DNA of 64,000 nt from Candidatus Iainarchaeum sp. (GTDB taxonomy: Archaea; Iainarchaeota; Iainarchaeia; Iainarchaeales; JACQJH01): positions 195,501 through 259,500 of the forward strand of contig JACQJH010000001.1 of the NCBI GenBank assembly GCA_016205145.1. Direction: 5' to 3'. Shown here piece after piece: positions 36,883-45,703 of this stretch; the first letter of the stretch is position 1, and every line of letters begins with the position of its first letter. The position numbers were made by a program, and so were the translations under genes. The notes beneath the pieces were generated by a model. The model saw only the letters and a list, made by a program, of their open reading frames with translations. It searched no databases and was not told the DNA's origin.

Positions 36883-38304
36883 ATGTATTATCGCCCGCGT
36901 GAGTCTTTGCTGCAGAAGCTGGTTTCACGGCTGAACGGCTTTTCTTTCGAGCGCAAGTTCCTGCTCGTTTCGGCAATCGTTTTCATTGCATTGTATTTGT
37001 TTTTTTACCCGCCTTTTTTCACTTCGATTGACGAGAGCCAGTTTGTCAAGCAGGCGTGGCTGTTCCTGCACGGAAAAATAGGCGAGCAGGATCCATTGCA
37101 GGCATTCGACCTTTTCTGGAACGGCTCGTTTTTCGTTCCGCGCTATCCGCCGCTTGCGGCGTTTTTGCTTGTGCCATTCCTTTTTTTCGGCTGGCAGTTT
37201 TCCTTTCTGCTGAACCTGCTCATGCATCTCGCCGGATTTTCCGTTTTCTATCTGCTGCTGAAACGTTTGCGCATCAATCCGGCGTTTGCGGTCTTGTATC
37301 TTTTCTTTCCGGCTTCGGCTTTGTTTTCGCGTTTTGCCGTCAGCGAACCGTTGTCCTCGCTTTTGGTGCTTTTGGCAGCGTATTTTTACCTCTCGGATGA
37401 GGGTCAGGGCATTGGCTCGAAAGGCCATTTTTTGGCGGGCGCGTTTTTCGGCCTCTCCTTGCTGGCGCGCTACACTAACGTTCTCGCTTTCGCGCCCTTC
37501 CTCTTGTTCGCATTTTTTGACAGCAGGGAAAAGCTTGCAAGGCTTGTAGTCGGCGCATTGCCGTTCATTGCGCTTCTGCTTTTGTTCAACAATGCGGCTT
37601 TCGGCGGGTTTCTGGAAACCGGCTACTCCATTACCGGGGAACGCCTGAAGTTCGAATTCGGAACAGTCTTCGCGGCCAAGCTTTTCTCTTATGTTCTGGT
37701 TTTGCTTGCAGTGTTTCCGGCAATGCTTGCAGTCGTTTTCGTTGAGCGCACAAGGCTGTTCCACGAAACGGTTCTGGCTTCGGCATTGTTCCTGCTGTTT
37801 TTTTCCGCGTACTTCTGGAGCGCGAACATTCTCGGCCTTTCCGATGTGCTGACCAAGGCGAGGTTTTTTTTGCCGATAACCGGGTTGCTGCTCGTCCCGT
37901 ACGCTTCATTCCTTTCACGCATGGCCTCGAAATTTTCCGTGCCGGAAAAACCTTTTCTTTTCGGGATTCTTGCAGTGCTTGCCATCGCAACGCTTTTTGT
38001 TTTCTCCGCGCATTCCAACGCCGGCCGGGAAAAGCTTGCGTTGTTTGAAAAACTGCAGTCCTCGGTTCCGGACGGCTCGCTTGCCATTACGCAGGCAAAC
38101 TGCCTCACTTTGAAAGACCAGGCCGAGCATTCGGATTTGGGAATGTTTTTCGGCGGAATGTTCAACCAAACAAAGTCAATCAACGCTTCGCGTGGTTTTG
38201 AAAAATACGTGCCGGAATTCAGGACTGTTTTTTTGGTGAACCGCAACTGCGTTCCGGGCAACGAACCCCTGGCTATTGAACGGTTTGTTCCGAAACAGTC
38301 ATGA
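36883..38304 (+). CDS. GT-C fold membrane glycosyltransferase (ArnT/PMT-like family 39)
   Basis: 473 aa with about 11 TM helices. The first periplasmic-loop pattern (FFTSIDESQFVKQAW) resembles ArnT/PMT-family transferases. Confidence 0.55.
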   Translation: MYYRPRESLLQKLVSRLNGFSFERKFLLVSAIVFIALYLFFYPPFFTSIDESQFVKQAWLFLHGKIGEQDPLQAFDLFWNGSFFVPRYPPLAAFLLVPFLFFGWQFSFLLNLLMHLAGFSVFYLLLKRLRINPAFAVLYLFFPASALFSRFAVSEPLSSLLVLLAAYFYLSDEGQGIGSKGHFLAGAFFGLSLLARYTNVLAFAPFLLFAFFDSREKLARLVVGALPFIALLLLFNNAAFGGFLETGYSITGERLKFEFGTVFAAKLFSYVLVLLAVFPAMLAVVFVERTRLFHETVLASALFLLFFSAYFWSANILGLSDVLTKARFFLPITGLLLVPYASFLSRMASKFSVPEKPFLFGILAVLAIATLFVFSAHSNAGREKLALFEKLQSSVPDGSLAITQANCLTLKDQAEHSDLGMFFGGMFNQTKSINASRGFEKYVPEFRTVFLVNRNCVPGNEPLAIERFVPKQS

Positions 38305-39154
38305 GGAATGCGAGTTCAACCAGCTTTTGCGCTTCGACCGCCATCTCGAATTCCGTTGCAGCCTGCCTGAATTTTTGTTTGCGCAATCCGATGAATTCAA
38401 GCATCTGGCTGTCGAGCCTTTCCCTTATTTTTTCCGCGTCCACGTTCAGGTTTTTCGCCGCATCCTCTCTTAATTCCCTGCCCGCAAAGTCGGTCACAGT
38501 TATTGTTTCCGCGGCCAGGCCTGCGCCGTCAATGGTTGCGGCCATTGCATTGGCGTCGGACAGGTTCACTGACATGCCGTCCAGTGCCACAATGTTGAGT
38601 TCCAAGACGTAGGCTGCGGTTATTGTGAGCGCGGCCTCTTCCTCAACAAGGCTTTTCGTTTCCGGGACTGTTTTTGCGGAAACGATTTTGCCATAGTTCG
38701 CCTGTTCTTTTTCCGCAAGCCATTGCATGTCTTCAACCATTGATTTCTGGAATTCTGTGAGCGTGGCCTGCGCTATTTTGTCGTCTGAAACCGGCAGTTG
38801 CACCTGGTTTGCCTTCTGCACAAGGCCCTGGACCCTTGAATGCGAATCGTTTGCGAACGCAAGATAGAATTCTTTTTCCTGGCCCGCGGGAATGCCGTTT
38901 GCCGCCGGAGCGGACCGTGACACTTTTATCGCGACGAATGCCGCGAAAAGAAGAATGCTGATCGTTGCAAGTATCACGGCCGTCTTGTTTTCCTTCAGGG
39001 TTTGGCGAAGGCTTTTCTGCGCATGGGCGGGGCTTTTCTTCGCACCGCCGGCCTTTTCTTCGCGGCCTGGCTTTTCGGTTTTTTGGCGGGGCCAGCTTTT
39101 TTTTGCCGCCGGCTTGTGCCCATCCGCCTTTTCCCCGCGTTTTTTTCCATCCAT
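38273..39154 (-). CDS. Hypothetical single-pass membrane protein with basic N-terminal tail
   Basis: K/R/G-rich cytoplasmic tail, a TM anchor (AVILATISILLFAAFVAIKV), then an alpha-helical ectodomain. The track start at 39343 is probably too far upstream; the ATG at 39154 is preferred. Confidence 0.45.
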   Translation of the reverse strand: MDGKKRGEKADGHKPAAKKSWPRQKTEKPGREEKAGGAKKSPAHAQKSLRQTLKENKTAVILATISILLFAAFVAIKVSRSAPAANGIPAGQEKEFYLAFANDSHSRVQGLVQKANQVQLPVSDDKIAQATLTEFQKSMVEDMQWLAEKEQANYGKIVSAKTVPETKSLVEEEAALTITAAYVLELNIVALDGMSVNLSDANAMAATIDGAGLAAETITVTDFAGRELREDAAKNLNVDAEKIRERLDSQMLEFIGLRKQKFRQAATEFEMAVEAQKLVELAFLMTVSEQTVQ

Positions 39155-39210
39155 CCGAAAACCTGTTTTCGCGTTAGTTTTTAAAGGATAACCTACAAAA
39201 ACGGGTCTTA

Positions 39211-41271
39211 ATGGCATTCGAATTTTCGTTGTTTCACGTATTTTTGATGAGTTTATTGTCGCTTGTCTTCGTAGCCGTGCTTGTCCGCTACGTGCTAAGG
39301 AAGGACACCGGCACTGCGCAGATGCGCCAGGTTTCCGATGCAATCAAGGAAGGCGCCAACGCTTTCATGAAGCGCCAGTACACCACGATTGCAATACTGT
39401 CAATTGTGCTTGCAATACTGCTTTACGGCCTCTACCTGTTTTTGGGCAAGAGCCAGACCATTGCAATGATGACCGCCGGCTCTTTCATTCTCGGCGCGTT
39501 CTTTTCCGCTTTGGCGGGCTTCATCGGCATGTGGGTTGCGGTCAGGGCGAATATCCGCACTGCGTCTGCGGCAAAGAGAAGCCTTGGCGAGGCCCTTCTG
39601 GTTTCGTTCCGCGGCGGCGCGGTTTCAGGCATAACAATTGTTGCGTTGTCGCTTTTGGGCGTCAGCCTGATTTACTTTTTGTTCGGCGGCATTGAGCATC
39701 CGACTGAAGTGCCGTTCCTGATTGTAGGATTCGGTTTCGGGGCAAGCTTTGTGGCATTGTTTGCGCAGCTCGGCGGAGGCATTTACACCAAGGCGGCGGA
39801 TGTGGGCGCCGACCTTGTGGGGAAAATCGAGGCCGGCATTCCGGAGGACGATCCGAGAAACCCGGCGGTTATCGCAGACTTGGTCGGCGACAATGTCGGC
39901 GACTGCGCCGGGCGCGGCGCGGACCTGTTTGAAAGCACTGCGGCTGAAAACATCGGTGCAATGATTCTTGGAGTCGCCTTGTATCCTGTTTTCGGAGTCA
40001 ACGGCATACTCTTTCCCCTTGTGGCAAGGTCCTTCGGCCTGCTTGCAAGCATTGTCGGCATTCTTTCGGTGAAAAGCCTCGGCAACGAGGATCCCATGAA
40101 GAGCCTGAACAGGGGCTATTACGTTGCCACGATTCTCGCGGCAATCGCGTTTTATTTTGTCACAATGGCAATGCTCAAGAACATCTGGTTCTTTTATGCA
40201 GGGCTGGTCGGCATAGCCGCAAGCATTCTTTTCGTGTGGATTACAATCTATTACACTGAGCAGGCTTTCGATCCCGTGCGCAGCATTGCCAAGGCATCCG
40301 AAACCGGCCATGCAACGAACATCATCCAGGGCTTTGCGGTTGCGTTGGAGACAACGGTTGTCCCGGTCCTGGTGCTTTCGGCTTCGCTTATCCTGACATA
40401 CAATTTCGGCGTGTGGAGCGGAGTTCCGAACGGCGGATTGTATGGCACGGCGATTGCGACAATGGGAATGCTGAGCACTGCGGCTTTCATTCTTGCAATG
40501 GACACTTTCGGCCCCATAACAGACAATGCCGGCGGCATAATCCAGATGTCGAATGCGCCTGAATCGGTCAGGCGCATCACTGACAGGCTTGATGCTGTGG
40601 GCAACACGACAAAGGCTTTGACCAAAGGCTATGCAATCGGTTCGGCCGCTTTGGCGGCATTCCTGCTTTTCGCGGCTTACATGGATGAAGTGGCGCTTAT
40701 CACGGGCAAGGTTCTGGTCATTGACCTGGCGCAGGTGACGATTTTTGTCGGCGCATTCCTGGGCGCAATGCTCGTGTTTGCGTTTTCTTCCCTTGCAATC
40801 AGGGCTGTGGGCCAGACCGCTTCAACCGTTGTTGAAGAAGTCAGGAGGCAGTTCAAGGAAATCAAGGGCATAATGTCGGGAAAGGCAAAGCCGGATTATG
40901 CGACGTGCGTTGACATCTGCGCAAGAAATTCCCTTGCAGCAATGGTTGCGCCCGGACTCCTGGTCGTTTTCATGACTATCGCTGTCGGCATTCTTTTGAA
41001 GGCCGCGGCTGTTGCCGCTTTTCTGATGGTCGGCACAATCACCGGGATCCTCATGGCCCTGGTTTTGAACACTGGCGGAGGGGCCTGGGACAACGCCAAA
41101 AAATACATTGAGGATGGCGCGCACGGCGGAAAAGGCAGCGAAGCCCACAAGGCAGCCATTACCGGCGACACTTTGGGCGACCCGTTCAAGGATACTGCAG
41201 GGCCGAGCCTGCATGTCCTGGTGAAGCTTTTAGGCACGATAACGCTTGTGCTGGCTCCATTGTTCATCTAA
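39211..41271 (+). CDS. hppA: Membrane-bound H+/Na+-translocating pyrophosphatase
   Basis: 686 aa with the diagnostic motifs GGIYTKAADVGADLVGK, DNVGDCAGRGADLFES and GDTLGDPFKDTAGPS. Confidence 0.95.
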   Translation: MAFEFSLFHVFLMSLLSLVFVAVLVRYVLRKDTGTAQMRQVSDAIKEGANAFMKRQYTTIAILSIVLAILLYGLYLFLGKSQTIAMMTAGSFILGAFFSALAGFIGMWVAVRANIRTASAAKRSLGEALLVSFRGGAVSGITIVALSLLGVSLIYFLFGGIEHPTEVPFLIVGFGFGASFVALFAQLGGGIYTKAADVGADLVGKIEAGIPEDDPRNPAVIADLVGDNVGDCAGRGADLFESTAAENIGAMILGVALYPVFGVNGILFPLVARSFGLLASIVGILSVKSLGNEDPMKSLNRGYYVATILAAIAFYFVTMAMLKNIWFFYAGLVGIAASILFVWITIYYTEQAFDPVRSIAKASETGHATNIIQGFAVALETTVVPVLVLSASLILTYNFGVWSGVPNGGLYGTAIATMGMLSTAAFILAMDTFGPITDNAGGIIQMSNAPESVRRITDRLDAVGNTTKALTKGYAIGSAALAAFLLFAAYMDEVALITGKVLVIDLAQVTIFVGAFLGAMLVFAFSSLAIRAVGQTASTVVEEVRRQFKEIKGIMSGKAKPDYATCVDICARNSLAAMVAPGLLVVFMTIAVGILLKAAAVAAFLMVGTITGILMALVLNTGGGAWDNAKKYIEDGAHGGKGSEAHKAAITGDTLGDPFKDTAGPSLHVLVKLLGTITLVLAPLFI

Positions 41272-41276
41272 ATCGC

Positions 41277-41420
41277 CGTCATCGCCCGGAGCCGTCACGT
41301 CCGGCTGATACGTGCGGCACGTAAAGTGCCGCTGCCTCGCTGTTGCTCGGAACCGGCGGGTGCGACGTTGAGGATTCTCACTGCATTCGAATCCTCTGCC
41401 TGCTTAATTAGTTTTTTTGC
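41277..41420 (+). repeat. Variant nested hairpin element downstream of hppA
   Basis: TCGCCGTCATCGCCCGG [AGCCGTCACGTCCGGCTG ATACGTGCGGCACGTAAAGTGCCGC ...] CGGCGGGTGCGAC GTTGAGGATTCTCACTGCATTCGAATCCTC: an H1' hairpin split by an inserted H1-like hairpin, followed by a B-like hairpin. Confidence 0.6.
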
Positions 41421-41590
41421 TCGTAGAATTTGTGGAACTTTGTGTGCAGAATGCCTTCGCCTTGTTCAGTCTTTCAGTCATTCCGGTTCAATTCCTGATG
41501 GCAATGGGCCTTTTGCAGTTCGCCACAGCCATGCCTGGCGCAACAATCGCGTTCCCGGTTTACTTTCCCAGAAACGCAAAAAATTAGGAA

Positions 41591-41736
41591 TGCCCCGGCC
41601 GGGATTCGAACCCGGGTCGCGGCCTCACCCCGCTCTTGAATTTTTTGGAAAATCCTTGAGAGGGCCGAGTGCTTTCGGCAACAGCTGCTTTTTTTTATAA
41701 AAACAAACCGTTTTAGCCGGACTACACCACCGGGGC
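41591..41736 (-). tRNA. tRNA-Glu(CTC) carrying two introns (about 40 nt in the D-loop plus about 31 nt at 37/38)
   Basis: Exon 1 GCCCCGGTGGTGTAGTCCGGCTAAA, exon 2 CACTCGGCCCTCTCA, exon 3 AGGCCGCGACCCGGGTTCGAATCCCGGCCGGGGCA. Once spliced it matches the archaeal tRNA-Glu/Gln scaffold (D-arm GTGTAGTCCGGC, T-arm CCGGGTTCGAATCCCGG). The anticodon stem CGGCC/GGCCG is perfect. Confidence 0.65.
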
Positions 41737-42498
41737 ACTGCAGAATTTTTTGAACCTGTTTATGTGCTTTTTGTTGCTGAACCCGATTTCAGTGAAATAA
41801 CGCAGGACTTCTTTAGAATCTCCCATTGAGCACTGCATTGTATTCCTGTCCTTCTTTTGGGTCCATTTAGATACTCTGTAGCCCAATATTTTAAATGCCT
41901 TTGTTATGCTGCTTTGGATTGTAGGCGATGCCGTGGCGAACCAGATTGTGGGCGTTTTGTGCCTGCGCGTTTTCGGGTAAACGCTTCCGTCAGTGTCAAT
42001 CAATCCCCTGACACAGGCTTTAAGGTAACCGCTTTTTCCAAGAACCCAGCAGGGAATTGCCGCGCCATTCGTGGTTTTATTGCCGTTTTTTATGCCAAAA
42101 TGCATCAGCGTGTGCACCAAATTTTTGCTTTGCTTGAATATGACGACAGCGTTTCCGGTTTTTGGAAATTTTATGCTGAATTCGGTTCCAAACACTTTTT
42201 TGAACAGGCCCGAAGTATAATTTGTCAGATAATCAAAATCGTTCCCGCGATGGCCTATAATTCTTATTTGGTAAATGCTTTTTTCTTTTATAACCTGGCA
42301 GTTTCCGTCGCCAAGCATTATGCCGATAATTTCCGCAAGCTCCGCGCTTTTCTTTTTTGCAAGCAATTTCGGTTTCATCGGCAAGAATTTGCCGTTCTTC
42401 CGCGGCTGCAGCCGGCAATTACCCATAATGTACTGTTGTTTTTGTGGACAAAAGGGGTTTGCCAAGTGGCTTTCCCCTGATTCTTGATTTGGCCTCAC
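41722..42498 (-). CDS. Free-standing LAGLIDADG-family homing endonuclease (two LAGLIDADG motifs)
   Basis: Motif 1 AEIIGIMLGDGN and motif 2 RGLIDTDGSV are separated by about 100 aa, the arrangement of single-chain LAGLIDADG enzymes. The 3' end overlaps the 5' end of tRNA-Glu by about 15 nt. Confidence 0.75.
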   Translation of the reverse strand: MRPNQESGESHLANPFCPQKQQYIMGNCRLQPRKNGKFLPMKPKLLAKKKSAELAEIIGIMLGDGNCQVIKEKSIYQIRIIGHRGNDFDYLTNYTSGLFKKVFGTEFSIKFPKTGNAVVIFKQSKNLVHTLMHFGIKNGNKTTNGAAIPCWVLGKSGYLKACVRGLIDTDGSVYPKTRRHKTPTIWFATASPTIQSSITKAFKILGYRVSKWTQKKDRNTMQCSMGDSKEVLRYFTEIGFSNKKHINRFKKFCSAPVV

Positions 42499-44882
42499 AC
42501 CGCCTTTTCATAGCTTGCGCGCGTGAACGGCATGTCCGCAAAGCCTTTTCCACCGCCAAGCTTTTCCTTGACGGATGCGATGATTTTTTCCGCGTCTTCG
42601 CCTGAAACGCTGCCAACATCGACCCTGACAACATCGGCAATCGCTTCGAGCTTTTCAAGCTCCGGAACCATGTTCATCGCCATAGGATTGTAGAGGTGCG
42701 TGCGCTCGCTTTCATCCAGTTCAACAGCATATTTCCACTTGTTCCTGTCGATGAGAGTATACCTGCCTTTTTTTGGCAATATTTTGGTTTCGATTATCAT
42801 TATTTCCGGAAGTTCGAATGCGACAAGCTCAATCTTTGCGTCCGTGCGTTTCCGTGTAGCGGAAAGCTGTTTGAGCGTCAGTTCCCCTGACGGCAAAATC
42901 CTTTCGACCTGCGGGTTTTTGGCGAAAAAGTTTGCGGCAATGGAATTGAACACGTTCAAGTTTTTGCCGATGATGATTTTTTCAAAGCCCTGCCCCGCAA
43001 GCCAGTGATAGAGGCCGAGGTTGTTGCATTCGATTGCCGCGCCCGCAAGCTCCGCGCTTTTGCCTTTCACTGTTTCCGACAGCTTTTTGGCGAGCGCTGC
43101 AAGCTCATGGTCCTTCATTATCACGGGCGTTGAAAGCACAAGCTGCATTGCGTGCTCGGAGCAGATTTTTTGCGCTTCAAGCAATGTTTTTTTGTCCGCG
43201 TTTTCCGGGAACGAAACCGCGCAGGGCTTTGCCTGCAGGAAAGCATTCAACTGCTTGAGCGAGGAAACCTTGACTGAGATGGCGGCCTTTCTGCCTTTTT
43301 CATGCCCCGCGTCCTTCAGCAGTTCTTTTTTCCGTTCCTCGAATTTTTTAGCATCAACGTTTTTCCTGAAACCTTCAAGCTTTTTTTTGGTGAACGCGTC
43401 GATGGCTTTCCTGCGCAGGTCGTTGAGCTTGCTGAACGGAACCATGAGGCCCTCGTCGACCTTGACGCTGATGCTTTTCAATTCAAACAATGTTTCGCCG
43501 GTCTTTGAAAGCTTTTCCTCGGCAACCTTTTCTCCGAGCGGGATTTTTTCGGCTTTTTTCGGCGTGAAATCCGAGACGACTTCCGCGGAGGTTTGCCCGT
43601 CAAAAGCCCTTATCCTGAATTCTTTGTGTGAAATTTTCGCTTCAAGGTTCACTTCCGGCTTTTTCATGGTCTTGATTGACGAGTAAGCAAGGTCGGTGAG
43701 CTGTTTGGACTGCACCTTGAAGATTGTCCACCCTTTTTTGATTTCGTGCGGAACCTCGATTTCGACTATTTCGTTTGCAAACGCGTGTTCCATTTCCTTT
43801 CCGTTTTTCAGGATTTTTTTGGCAAAAAAGTCCACTCTCTCGTCGCCCAGCTTGTGCGACAATTTGTCCCATTTCCTGACGCGCTCGAACAATTGGACCT
43901 TTATCTTGCCGTCGGCGTATTCAAGCACTTTCGCGACGCGTATTCCGACCTTTCCCGGATAATCCTTTTTTATGATGTCGTCGTTCTTGCCGTTGAAGTG
44001 CCCTGCCGAAAAGTCGCGGTTGTAGGCTATGCGCAGCTGCTTTATCTCGTCTTCCGAAACCGCTTCTTTTCCGCCGAACGCGTTATCGATTGCTTTCCTG
44101 TAAACCCTTGTCGCAATTGCAACATATTCAGTGCCCTTTTTCCTTCCCTCGATTTTGAATGCCGAAACGCCTGCTTCGGCAAGCTGTTTTATCATGGGCA
44201 CCGCGAAAAGGTCCTTCTGCGACAGCAGATAGCCTTCGTCAATCCTTTTCCCGCCTTCTTCCAAATCGTAAAACAGGCGGCAGTTCTGCGCGCACCTTCC
44301 GCGGTTGCCGGAGCGCTTGAACGAAACGCTGCTCGCAAAGCACTGCCCCGAATATGCTACACACATCGCGCCATGCACAAAGCACTCAACCTCTATTCCG
44401 GTCCCAACCCGTGATTTCATTTCATGGATTTCTTCAACCGAGTTTTCCCTTGCCAGCACCGCGCGCTTGATGCCAAGATCTTTTGCAAACAGCAGTCCTT
44501 CGGTGTTGTGGATTGTCATCTGCGTGCTTGCATGCAATCTCAGCCCGGGCAAAAGCTCGTGCAGGCTGTGCGCCAGGCCGACGTCCTGCACGATTACAGC
44601 GTCAATGCCATGCTCGTACGCACTCTTCGCCATGTCGATTGCCGCGCCGATCTCGAACTCGTTGAGCAGAATGTTCAATGTAAGGTAGGCTTTCCTGCCG
44701 TGCAAATGCAAATAGTCGATTGCTTCTTTCACCTGCTCAGGCGAAAAGTTTTGCGCGCCGATCCTTGCATTGAACGCCTGGTAGCCGAAGTAAACAGCGT
44801 CCGCGCCGTTTGCGACCGCAGCTTTCATGTGCTCAAAGCTGCCCGCCGGGGCGACAAGCTCCGGTTTGATTTGTTTCACCAT
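42495..44882 (-). CDS. Peptidase U32 family protein (collagenase-like; RlhA/TrhP-type), long form
   Basis: N-terminal U32 catalytic region (ELVAPAGSFEHMKAAVANGADAVYFGYQAFNARIG...YLTLNIL...E). 795 aa with a long C-terminal extension. Confidence 0.85.
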   Translation of the reverse strand: MVKQIKPELVAPAGSFEHMKAAVANGADAVYFGYQAFNARIGAQNFSPEQVKEAIDYLHLHGRKAYLTLNILLNEFEIGAAIDMAKSAYEHGIDAVIVQDVGLAHSLHELLPGLRLHASTQMTIHNTEGLLFAKDLGIKRAVLARENSVEEIHEMKSRVGTGIEVECFVHGAMCVAYSGQCFASSVSFKRSGNRGRCAQNCRLFYDLEEGGKRIDEGYLLSQKDLFAVPMIKQLAEAGVSAFKIEGRKKGTEYVAIATRVYRKAIDNAFGGKEAVSEDEIKQLRIAYNRDFSAGHFNGKNDDIIKKDYPGKVGIRVAKVLEYADGKIKVQLFERVRKWDKLSHKLGDERVDFFAKKILKNGKEMEHAFANEIVEIEVPHEIKKGWTIFKVQSKQLTDLAYSSIKTMKKPEVNLEAKISHKEFRIRAFDGQTSAEVVSDFTPKKAEKIPLGEKVAEEKLSKTGETLFELKSISVKVDEGLMVPFSKLNDLRRKAIDAFTKKKLEGFRKNVDAKKFEERKKELLKDAGHEKGRKAAISVKVSSLKQLNAFLQAKPCAVSFPENADKKTLLEAQKICSEHAMQLVLSTPVIMKDHELAALAKKLSETVKGKSAELAGAAIECNNLGLYHWLAGQGFEKIIIGKNLNVFNSIAANFFAKNPQVERILPSGELTLKQLSATRKRTDAKIELVAFELPEIMIIETKILPKKGRYTLIDRNKWKYAVELDESERTHLYNPMAMNMVPELEKLEAIADVVRVDVGSVSGEDAEKIIASVKEKLGGGKGFADMPFTRASYEKAV

Positions 44883-44909
44883 AAGAATCTCTTTTTCAAA
44901 ATCAGGGTT

Positions 44910-45134
44910 TTATTCTGTTTTTCCGCTTGCCGGCAGGGATATGCGCGTGGATTTTTTTGAGTCAAACCGTTTCTCAAAGTTCAGAATGGTATACCCGACT
45001 GTTTTGCCGCTTTTGGCGTCTTTTCTTTCCAGTATGTCCTCTCCAATTTCCCCGCAGACCGCTTTTTTCGGCTTTCCGATGACTATCTCAAGTATGTCGC
45101 CTTCCTTGTCGTAGTGCAGGCTTATTTTTTCCAA
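44910..45134 (-). CDS. DUF2283-like small protein (antitoxin-like)
   Basis: 74 aa beginning MEKISLHYDKEGDILEIVIGKP, matching the DUF2283 N-terminal pattern. Overlaps the upstream gene by 13 nt. Confidence 0.5.
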   Translation of the reverse strand: MEKISLHYDKEGDILEIVIGKPKKAVCGEIGEDILERKDAKSGKTVGYTILNFEKRFDSKKSTRISLPASGKTE

Positions 45135-45427
45135 CTCGTTTCACCTGGTTTTTCAGTCTTTGAATAATATCCGGCCAGTACAAACCCGCTGTTTTCATGC
45201 GTCTTTATAACAATTATTAGTAGCCTGCCGTTTTTAACCTTTTTATGGTACAGCTCAACTTTGCCGTCAAGCCTGCTTTTTTTGATGAAGTCCGGGTTGC
45301 AGACAGTTTCCTCGATTTCCTTGAATTTGCCTTCAAGTTCCGGCCTGAACATCGTCATGTGCGAATACCTTTCAGCCGTCAGGGAAATTTTCCTTCCCAG
45401 CGGATCAGTGGCGCGGAACAGTTCCAT
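45122..45427 (-). CDS. Hypothetical 101-aa protein, possible DUF4258-type toxin partner of DUF2283
   Basis: Placement is operonic with the DUF2283-like ORF. There is no strong motif, so the assignment rests on the known DUF4258/DUF2283 pairing. Confidence 0.35.
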   Translation of the reverse strand: MELFRATDPLGRKISLTAERYSHMTMFRPELEGKFKEIEETVCNPDFIKKSRLDGKVELYHKKVKNGRLLIIVIKTHENSGFVLAGYYSKTEKPGETSWKK

Positions 45428-45504
45428 GCTTTTCCAAAAAGCCCCGGCTGGGAAAATTTAATAACTGTTCGAGGTTTTAGTCAATAAACGAAGGCCGATG
45501 ATGA

Positions 45505-45625
45505 CCAGGCTGAGATTTGAGAGCCGCTTTCGTCCGGCTGGTTCGACGCCCCATGCCAATTTCATTCGCATGGGGCTGCGCGCTGTTGCGCGGGAACTGC
45601 CTGAAAGCGCTTGATGAAGAATCGT
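45505..45625. repeat. Variant D/E-like hairpin element between DUF4258-like gene and asd
   Basis: AGCCGCTTTCGTCCGGCTGG TTCGACG CCCCATGCCAATTTCATTCGCATGGGG CTGCGCGCTGTTGCGCGGG. Confidence 0.55.
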
Positions 45626-45703
45626 TATGAGTGCCGAGGCTTTCGCTTTATTGGCGGTTTGAATGGTTCATTGGCCTGCAAGACATGATATTTTTCTTCT
45701 GAC

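Noticed and set aside
36925-37764. 279-aa minus-strand ORF with a highly basic K/R/Q-rich product inside the glycosyltransferase gene
   Set aside because: It is antisense to a plausible polytopic membrane protein gene, and its composition is the mirror image of hydrophobic codons.
39625-41267. Minus-strand ORFs inside hppA (39625..40311, 40251..40625, 40822..41214, 40896..41267)
   Set aside because: They are antisense to a strongly supported, conserved pyrophosphatase gene.
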